Position numbers and translations under genes: made by a program. Below, piece after piece: positions 26,632 through 33,314 of a stretch of 36,538 bases of DNA (its first letter is position 1; each line of letters starts with the position of its first letter). The notes beneath the pieces were generated by a model that worked only from the letters and a program-made list of their open reading frames with translations, did no database searches and was not told where the DNA came from. This stretch comes from Planctomycetota bacterium (lineage in GTDB: Bacteria > Planctomycetota > UBA1135 > GCA-002686595): assembly GCA_035546375.1 (NCBI GenBank), contig DATKBQ010000560.1, positions 1 to 36,538 of the forward strand, in the 5' to 3' direction.

Positions 26632-26773
26632 CGGCGGGAGCGGCCCGGCCTGCCCGCGGGCCCAGGAGTCGAGCCCGGGACCTCGATTCCCGTGGACGGG
26701 GGAAATGTTTGCGCCGCTCGGGCGTTTCCCGGAAGGGTTTTTCACCCTCGGAACGAACGCCAGGAGGATGCCA

Positions 26774-27043
26774 ATGACCGCGCAGAACCCGACCCATACG
26801 GACGTCTATACCCCTCCCTCCTCGGCCCGCAAGGGCGCGAGCGACATCGTGAACAAGGAGGCCATCACCGAGCGCGTCGGAGAGGTCCGCGAGCGGGCCC
26901 GCAACCTCTACGAAACCGGCAAGGAGCGCGCGGTGGAGTGGGAGGGCAACTTCGAGCGCTACGTCCAGGACCGCCCGATCAAGGCCGTGCTCACGGCCGC
27001 CGGGATCGGCTTGGTGCTGGGACTGATCCTCGCCCGCCGCTAG
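26774..27043 (+). CDS. DUF883 (YqjD/ElaB/YgaM-like) tail-anchored, ribosome-associated stress protein
   Basis: ATG at 26774 lies 6 nt after AGGAGG. A helical N-part is followed by the family-typical C-terminus DRPIKAVLTAAGIGLVLGLILARR (compare E. coli YqjD ...ENPWTGVGIGAAIGVVLGVLLSRR, from memory). Confidence 0.8.
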   Translation: MTAQNPTHTDVYTPPSSARKGASDIVNKEAITERVGEVRERARNLYETGKERAVEWEGNFERYVQDRPIKAVLTAAGIGLVLGLILARR

Positions 27044-27117
27044 GGGCCCCCGCGGATCCCGCTTCAACCGGCCGGCGGCCCGCTCCCGCCGGCCCTAAAC
27101 GGAAGGGCGACTGCCTA

Positions 27118-27666
27118 GTGAGCGCAGAGGAACGCAGCGGAGGAGAGGCCGGCCGTCCCAAGCCGGTCGAGGCCCCGGGGCCGCTCGGCGCCCCCGGCGT
27201 CATGGGCGGCCGATCGAACGGCAAGCCGGACGACAAGGGGCTGAGCGAGACCCTCGACCACGCCATCGACGACTTGGTCGAGATGGGCGAGTACGCGAAG
27301 GTGCTGCTCGCCGTGCGCAGGGACCGCGCCGCGCTGCGCATGCGCCGCTTCAAGGCCAAGGTCGCGATCGGCTCGACCGCCGCCATCGCGGGGGGCGCGG
27401 TGATGGTGACGGCCGGCGTGCTGACGGTGATCGGCATCGCGCGCGGCTTGTCGCTCGTGCTACCGCAGTGGCTGGCCGAGCTGGTGACGGGCGTGGGGCT
27501 CCTTGCGGTCGCCGTCGCGGCCGTGATGCTCGCTTTGCGATCCGCCGAGCGCAGGGACCTCGAGAAGAAGAGGGACGATTATGAACGCCGCCACGACGAG
27601 CACAGGGCACGCTTCGGCCACCACGTTTCCGGCGAAGCCCCTGCCTCCTCCCGCGAGCCTCGCTGA
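27118..27666 (+). CDS. YqjE-like (holin-X / PF07332-type architecture) two-TM membrane protein
   Basis: GTG 27118 follows a GGAAGGG SD-like element; ATG 27202 is the alternative start. An amphipathic helix is followed by two TM helices (IGSTAAIAGGAVMVTAGVLTVIGIA, LVTGVGLLAVAVAAVMLAL) and a charged tail. It sits directly after the DUF883 gene, as in E. coli yqjD-yqjE. Confidence 0.6.
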   Translation: MSAEERSGGEAGRPKPVEAPGPLGAPGVMGGRSNGKPDDKGLSETLDHAIDDLVEMGEYAKVLLAVRRDRAALRMRRFKAKVAIGSTAAIAGGAVMVTAGVLTVIGIARGLSLVLPQWLAELVTGVGLLAVAVAAVMLALRSAERRDLEKKRDDYERRHDEHRARFGHHVSGEAPASSREPR

Positions 27667-27967
27667 GCTCCTGGACCGAGAGCAGGCGCTGGCCATCACC
27701 GGGCTCCTGGAGCGCTTCGATCACTTCGGGGACGACCTCAAGGACATGGTCGACCTGCCGGCGCAGGTCCGCCAGCACCCGCTGGGCTCGGTCGGAATCG
27801 GCGCGCTGGGCGGATTCCTCGCGTCGGGCCTGCTGGTGCGGCTGGCGGGCGGCGCGCCCAACGTGGCGAACCGCTTGGGAGCCCATGTCGCTCCGCTCGC
27901 GCGCGGGCTGCGCACGGCGCTGATCAGCATCCTCGTGGCGCGCTTCTCCTCGGCGCTGCGGCGCTAG
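27581..27967 (+). CDS. Hypothetical small protein with a C-terminal hydrophobic segment; positional analogue of yqjK
   Basis: Position-3 G/C is high after 27667. Coiled N-part, then GSVGIGALGGFLASGLLV. ATG 27581 would overlap the previous ORF by 86 nt, so the true start is uncertain. Confidence 0.45.
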   Translation: MNAATTSTGHASATTFPAKPLPPPASLAELLDREQALAITGLLERFDHFGDDLKDMVDLPAQVRQHPLGSVGIGALGGFLASGLLVRLAGGAPNVANRLGAHVAPLARGLRTALISILVARFSSALRR

Positions 27968-28030
27968 CGCGCCGCCAAAGCGGGAGCAGTTGTGCCGGCG
28001 TGCGCGTTGTGCTCAGCTCTCGCCACGGCC

Positions 28031-28414
28031 ATGGCATCGAAACGCAACGAGCATTACATGCGCGGCCTCCAGCTCTACGGCGAGAATCGCCACCGCGAGG
28101 CCATCGAGGAGTACCGCAAGGCGCTCGAGCTCAGCCCGGACTGGACCGAGGCCCTGCACGGCATCTCGCTGGCGCACATGCACCTGGGCGAGCTCGACGA
28201 TGCGATCCGCGTGGGTCAGAGGATCGTCGAGCTGGACCCCGACGACGCCTTCGCGCACACCAGCCTCTCCATGTTCTTCCAGCGCAAGGGAATGATCCCC
28301 GAGGCCGAGAACGAGGCCGCGAAGGCGCGCATGATCGCCTGGAAGGAAGAGCTGAAGAAGAACCCCAATGCCCCGCCGCCGGGCCCGCCGGGCGGGATGA
28401 ACGTGGTGCAGTAG
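28031..28414 (+). CDS. Small TPR-repeat protein
   Basis: ATG at 28031 (MASKRNEHY). Three TPR-like units (EAIEEYRKALELSPDW, ALHGISLAHMHLGELDDAIRVGQRIVELDPDD, AHTSLSMFFQRKG). Confidence 0.75.
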   Translation: MASKRNEHYMRGLQLYGENRHREAIEEYRKALELSPDWTEALHGISLAHMHLGELDDAIRVGQRIVELDPDDAFAHTSLSMFFQRKGMIPEAENEAAKARMIAWKEELKKNPNAPPPGPPGGMNVVQ

Positions 28415-28427
28415 CGGCTGCCGCCGC

Positions 28428-29837
28428 TCAGTCTTCGTACTCTTCGCCGATCCCGAGCGTCTTGCGCCCTTCCTCGGAGATGCGCTGCGGCGTCCAGGCG
28501 GGCTCCCAGACGATCTTGACCTCGGTGGTCTCGATCCCCGGGACCCCGTTGCAGCGCCGCCGCACCACGTCGGGGATCGTCCTCGCCTCGGGGCAGGCCT
28601 GGGAGGTCAAGGTCATCGTGACGTTGCACGTCGAGCCCTCGACCTGGACGTCGTAGATCAGCCCCAGGTCGACGATGTTGACCGGGATCTCCGGGTCGTA
28701 GACCTGGCGGAGCTCGGCGTAGAGCTGGTCGATCTGGCTGGTGGTCGGCTCCATGGATCTTCTTCCCGCGCCCTCGGGCGCTCGTTGGGGACCGACGAGT
28801 GTAGCCCAGCCCGCCGCAGCCTCCAACGCGCCGTCGCTTCCCACGGCGCCCGTAGGCGACCCCATGGCGGGGCGGAGCGCGCTCCGCTGCCGGCGCCGCG
28901 AGGCCAGGAGCGGGCCGAGCTCGGCCAGCACGTTGCCCGCGAGCAGCGCTCCCCCGCCGGCGAAGAGCCAGAGATCGGGGCGCGACAGCCCGCTCGCGAT
29001 CGAGATCAGCGACGCCCAGACGGGCTCGATAGCGTAGAGGATCGCCGCGCGGACGGGGTCCAGCTCGCGCTGGTAGAGGTTCATCAAGGAGAGCGCGAGC
29101 ACGGTGGCGAGGATCGACGAAGCGAGCATCGGCCAGGCGAAGTCCGGCTCGAGCGCGAGGCGCGCCAGCTCGCCCGGGGCATGCCCCCCTGACAAGGAGG
29201 TTGCGGCGAGCAGCAGTCCGCTGAAGCCGGCCACCCAGCAGAAGGAGGACAGGGTCACCGGCATCGCAGCGGCGGAGCGCGTCACCACGTCGGTGGCGAG
29301 GATGTGCAGCGCGAAGACGATCGCGCAGCCCACGGTGAGCCATTCGGCCCATCCGAACGTCAGGTGCGGGGGCCCGCCGATGAACCCGGCGCCAAGGGTC
29401 GCGAGCACCACGCCCAAGGCCAGCAGCGGCCCCGAGCGCGCTCCGCCCGCCAGAGACGTCAGCACCGCAGTGAAGACCACGTAGAGGCTGGTCAAGAACG
29501 CCGAGACCGGCGGCGACACGCCCTCGAGGCCGAGCATCTGGAGCACGAAGCCGGCGAAGAGCAGGCCGCCGAGCACGAGACCGCCGCGCCAAGCGGCCCT
29601 CAGGCCGCGGCGCGCGGAGGGCCAGAAGGCGAGCACTGCGGCCGCGAGGGCGAAGCGCAAGCCCATGAAGAGCGCCACGCCCGCGGCCACGCCGTCCGCC
29701 CCCAGGACGCGCTCGGAGGCGATCACCCCGCGCTTCATCCACACGAACGTCCAGCCCCAGATCACGGTGACCAGGAGCAGGGCCAGGACCGGCCGCAGGC
29801 CGCCGCGGCGGACGTTTCGTAGCGCGCGCTCGTCCAC
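28428..29837 (-). CDS. EamA/DMT-family 10-TM transporter continuing in frame, with no stop codon, into a DUF59 (MIP18/SufT-like Fe-S assembly) domain
   Basis: A single open frame. The EamA part runs from GTG 29837 (LLVTVIWGWTFVWMK ... LLAGNVLAELGPLLASRRRQR). A ~40-codon linker has lower position-3 G/C. The DUF59 part starts at ATG 28754 (YDPEIPVNIVDLGLIYDV...MTLTSQACPE...IVWEPAWTP). The DUF59 part also has its own plausible start and a purine-rich SD-like GGGAAGAAGA. Confidence 0.75.
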   Translation of the reverse strand: MDERALRNVRRGGLRPVLALLLVTVIWGWTFVWMKRGVIASERVLGADGVAAGVALFMGLRFALAAAVLAFWPSARRGLRAAWRGGLVLGGLLFAGFVLQMLGLEGVSPPVSAFLTSLYVVFTAVLTSLAGGARSGPLLALGVVLATLGAGFIGGPPHLTFGWAEWLTVGCAIVFALHILATDVVTRSAAAMPVTLSSFCWVAGFSGLLLAATSLSGGHAPGELARLALEPDFAWPMLASSILATVLALSLMNLYQRELDPVRAAILYAIEPVWASLISIASGLSRPDLWLFAGGGALLAGNVLAELGPLLASRRRQRSALRPAMGSPTGAVGSDGALEAAAGWATLVGPQRAPEGAGRRSMEPTTSQIDQLYAELRQVYDPEIPVNIVDLGLIYDVQVEGSTCNVTMTLTSQACPEARTIPDVVRRRCNGVPGIETTEVKIVWEPAWTPQRISEEGRKTLGIGEEYED

Positions 29838-30028
29838 GGGGCGGAGAAGACTAGCCGCGGCCCGTGTGGCGCGGAAGCGGACCGGCTCCGGCGCCGGCGG
29901 TTCCCGATCTGGGATGGAGCGTCCGCGTCGCTGGACGAGCGGTGCCGCGGGCGCTCGCGCGGGCCAGAAATGCCACTTACGGCGGAGCGCAACCCTTTCG
30001 AGTGGACTCCCGAAAGCGCAAGCCGGCA

Positions 30029-31192
30029 TTGGTCGGACCGTTCGGCAGCCCCGCGCTGCGCGTGGGGCGCCTCTTCGGGATCGACGTCGGAGTCGACGCG
30101 AGCTGGATCTTCATCTTCCTCCTGATCACGTTCTCGCTCTCGCAGATGTTCCTGAGCGAGCACGCCGACTGGCCCGCGAGCTTCGCCTGGGCGGGCGCGA
30201 TCGTCACCAGCGTGCTCTTCTTCATCTCGATCCTGCTGCACGAGTTCGGCCACAGCCTGACCTCGAATGCGCTCGGGATTCCGGTGCGCTCGATCACGCT
30301 GTTCCTCTTCGGCGGCGTAGCGAGCCTCTCGGGCGAGCCGGAACGCCCCCGCGACGAGTTCCTGATCGGCGCCGCCGGCCCGCTGGTCAGCATCCTCCTG
30401 GGCGGCCTCTTCCTTGGCATCGGCCTCTTGGTGCCGTCCGAGCCCGTCCTCGCCGAGGTGGCGCGCTCGATCTTCCTGTGGCTCGGGACGATCAACCTGA
30501 TCCTGGCCGCCTTCAACCTCTTCCCGGGCTTCCCCCTCGACGGCGGACACCTCCTGCGCGCGGCGCTGTGGAGCTGGACCAAGGACTTCGGTCGCTCGAC
30601 TCGCATCGCGGCCGGCGCCGGCTCGCTGTTCGCGCTGGCGCTGATCGGCGTCGGCGTGCTGACGGCGCTCTTCAGTCCGACCGGCAACCTGTTCGCGGGC
30701 CTGTGGTACGTGCTGATCGGCTGGTTCCTCCTGAGCGCCGCGCGGCGCACCCGCTCGCTGGTGACGCTGGAGGCCCAGCTCGGCAAGAGCCGCGTCGGCG
30801 ACGCGATGGCGCCGCTCGAGCCTTCGCTCGTCCCCTCGGTGGAGAGCAGCGAGAGCGTCGCCGACGTGATCGAGGGCCCGGTCCTGCACCAGGGCCGCCG
30901 CTACCTCCTGGTCGAGGAGCGGGGCGAGCCGGTGGGGCTGGTGACGCTCGAGGACATCAAGCGCGTGCCGGTCGCGGAGCGCGAGAGCACGCCGGTCGCC
31001 TCGATCATGGTGCCGCGCTCCGAGCTCGTGACCACCACGCCGGACTCGACCCTCTTGGACGCGATGAAGCGCATGGAGGAGGCCGGCGTGAACCAGCTCC
31101 CGGTGGTCGAGGGCGGCCGCGTGGCCGGCGTCCTCTCGCGCGAGCAGCTGCTCCGGGTCCTGCAGGCGCGCATGGAGCTGCGCAGCGCGTAG
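30029..31192 (+). CDS. Site-2 protease family (M50) zinc metalloprotease with a C-terminal CBS-domain pair
   Basis: HEFGH zinc motif and NLFPGFPLDGG, with multiple TM helices. The C-terminus has CBS-like segments (VADVIEGPVL..., LLDAMKRMEEAGVNQLPVVEGGRVAGVLSREQL). Start is TTG 30029 or GTG 30062. Confidence 0.88.
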   Translation: MVGPFGSPALRVGRLFGIDVGVDASWIFIFLLITFSLSQMFLSEHADWPASFAWAGAIVTSVLFFISILLHEFGHSLTSNALGIPVRSITLFLFGGVASLSGEPERPRDEFLIGAAGPLVSILLGGLFLGIGLLVPSEPVLAEVARSIFLWLGTINLILAAFNLFPGFPLDGGHLLRAALWSWTKDFGRSTRIAAGAGSLFALALIGVGVLTALFSPTGNLFAGLWYVLIGWFLLSAARRTRSLVTLEAQLGKSRVGDAMAPLEPSLVPSVESSESVADVIEGPVLHQGRRYLLVEERGEPVGLVTLEDIKRVPVAERESTPVASIMVPRSELVTTTPDSTLLDAMKRMEEAGVNQLPVVEGGRVAGVLSREQLLRVLQARMELRSA

Positions 31193-31210
31193 CACGGCGT
31201 CAGGCCGACT

Positions 31211-31296
31211 CCCACCCGACTCCTTGAATGCTGCCCACCTCGGCCGAGCGACCCGCTCGCAGGCCGAGGTGGGCAGCGTGCATGGAATCGGGTGGG
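31211..31296. repeat. ~86-nt extended imperfect palindrome (long hairpin) just after the protease stop
   Basis: Perfect 16-bp arms GCTGCCCACCTCGGCC (31230..31245) / GGCCGAGGTGGGCAGC (31262..31277). Inner 5-bp pair GAGCG/CGCTC. Outer 9-bp arms CCCACCCGA (31211..31219) / TCGGGTGGG (31288..31296). Confidence 0.6.
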
Positions 31297-31400
31297 GATG
31301 GGCCTGGCTCCCGTACCTTCCGGCGGCCGGAGGGGTGCACAGTCCTTCCCCAGCGTGCAAAATGCACTCTCCCGGCCGGTGCCGGGGGACAGGACTCCGC

Positions 31401-33314
31401 ATGAACCACTCGACCTCCCGAGGCCGCCGCGCGGCCGCCGTGGCCGCTACGCTTCTCGGCGCGGCGCTCGCCGGAACCTCCGCCCAGGCCCAATCGACTG
31501 CGAGGCCGCAGCTCTACGCCGTCCGCAACGTGCGCGTGAGCGCCGACCCGGAGGCCCCCAGCAGGACGCTGGTCTTGAGCGCGGGTCGGATCGAGCGCTG
31601 GCTGGACGAGGGTGCACAGCTTCCCGCCGGCGCGCGCGAGGTCGACGCCGAGGGCGCGCTCGCGGTTCCGGCCTTCGTCGACGCGTTCACGGCGACCGGC
31701 TGCGCCACGCCGGTGCCCAAGCCCGACCAGGACCTCCCGCCGTCGGAGCGCTCGGACGTCCTGGTGGACATGCGCGAGGCGAACCGCAAGGGCATCCAGC
31801 CCGCCTTCCGCGCTGCGGACGTGCTCGATTTTCCGAAAGACAAGGCCAAGGCCTGGCGCGAGGCGGGCTTCGGCGCCGCGCTGTCTGCGCCGCGCGGGCA
31901 GCTCCTCGCCGGCTCGAGCGCGCTCTTGGTCACCCGCGAGGCCGCGCCGCGCGACGCGATGCTCGCGCCCGAGGTCTTCGCCCACGCGGCCTTCGACGCG
32001 GGCGGCCCGGGCTATCCGAGCACGCTCATGGGCTACATGGCGCAGCTACGCCAGTTCTTCCTCGACGCGCGGTACCAATCGGAGATCGTGCAGCGCTGGG
32101 AGGCGGGGCGCCCTGGGCCGCGGCCTCCGCGCGACATCGACCTCGAGGCCGTGCTGCCGGTGCTCGAGGGGCAGCGGAGGCTCCTGTGCGAGGCGGACAG
32201 CGCCCGCGACATCGAGCGCTGGATCGCCCTGGCGGACGAGCACGGCCTCGCGATCGCGATCGCCGGCGGCCGCGAGGCCTGGCGCGTCGCCGACGTGCTC
32301 GCCGCGCGGGGGATCCCGGTCGTGCTCACGCTGGACTGGGGCGAGGAGCCGAAGGACCCGCACGAGAAGGAGAAGAAGGAGAAGGAGAAGCAGGAGAAGG
32401 CTCCGCCCGCCAAGGGGCCGGACGCGGGCGAGGAGAAGCCCGAGCCGCCGGCGCCCGCCGAGCCCGAGCCGCCTTCCGGCGGCGACTCATCCGATCGACA
32501 GGACGAATCGCCGGCACCCCAGGAGCCGAAGCCCAAGCCGGGCAAGGAGTGGGAGTACGAGGAGCCGCTCGGCGTGCGTGAGGAGCGACGGCGCCTGTGG
32601 GAGGAGGGCCGCGATTGCGCGATCCGGCTGCACGAGAAGGGCGTCACCTTCGCCTTCGGCAGCGGCGGGTCGTCCGCCCCGGATCTGTTGAAGAAGGTGC
32701 GCGCGCTCGTCGAGAAGGGGCTGCCCGCCGATGCGGCGCTCGCGGCGCTTACGCTGCGCGCTGCGGAGATCCTCGGCGCCGAGCGCCACCTCGGAATCCT
32801 CGAGGCGGGGCGCGACGCGACCTTCGCGCTGTGGACCGCCGACCCGCTTGCCAAGGCGGAGAAGGGCGCAGGTCCCAAGCTGGCGTGGCTCTTCGTGGAC
32901 GGCTTTCCGCACGAGTTCGACCTCGAGAAGGACGCCGGCGAGAAGGGCAAGCCCGACGAGGGCGTGAGCGCGGCCGGCGAGTGGGAGCTGGAGATCCAGC
33001 GACGGCAGGGGATGCGGCCGGCCACGCTGAAGCTCGAGATGGACGAGCAGGGCGCGGTGACCGGCACGGTGACCTCGCCCAATCCGCGCGGAGAGGGCGA
33101 GCAGGAGTCCGAGGCGCGCGGTCACGTCTCCGGCAAGACGCTGACCCTGCGTTGGACGATCTCGATGGGCGAGCGCGAGATGGAGAGCAAGCTGACCGCC
33201 ACGCTCGAGGGCGATGAACTCGAGGGTGAGGTGGTCGCGAGCTCGCCGTTCGGGGAGAGCTCGAGCACGCTCACGGGCAAGCGCAAGCCGAAGCAAGGGG
33301 AGGAGATTCGATGA
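31401..33314 (+). CDS. Secreted amidohydrolase-fold protein lacking the HxH metal motif (probable non-catalytic paralogue), with a Lys/Glu/Pro-rich disordered insert and an extra C-terminal beta-rich domain
   Basis: ATG at 31401. Signal peptide MNHSTSRGRRAAAVAATLLGAALAGTSAQA (RR-containing). PAFVDAFTATG sits where amidohydrolases have PGxIDxHxH. The C-terminal region LRAAEILG...GILEAGRDATFALW is amidohydrolase-like. It is paralogous to the C-half of the next gene. Confidence 0.8.
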   Translation: MNHSTSRGRRAAAVAATLLGAALAGTSAQAQSTARPQLYAVRNVRVSADPEAPSRTLVLSAGRIERWLDEGAQLPAGAREVDAEGALAVPAFVDAFTATGCATPVPKPDQDLPPSERSDVLVDMREANRKGIQPAFRAADVLDFPKDKAKAWREAGFGAALSAPRGQLLAGSSALLVTREAAPRDAMLAPEVFAHAAFDAGGPGYPSTLMGYMAQLRQFFLDARYQSEIVQRWEAGRPGPRPPRDIDLEAVLPVLEGQRRLLCEADSARDIERWIALADEHGLAIAIAGGREAWRVADVLAARGIPVVLTLDWGEEPKDPHEKEKKEKEKQEKAPPAKGPDAGEEKPEPPAPAEPEPPSGGDSSDRQDESPAPQEPKPKPGKEWEYEEPLGVREERRRLWEEGRDCAIRLHEKGVTFAFGSGGSSAPDLLKKVRALVEKGLPADAALAALTLRAAEILGAERHLGILEAGRDATFALWTADPLAKAEKGAGPKLAWLFVDGFPHEFDLEKDAGEKGKPDEGVSAAGEWELEIQRRQGMRPATLKLEMDEQGAVTGTVTSPNPRGEGEQESEARGHVSGKTLTLRWTISMGEREMESKLTATLEGDELEGEVVASSPFGESSSTLTGKRKPKQGEEIR

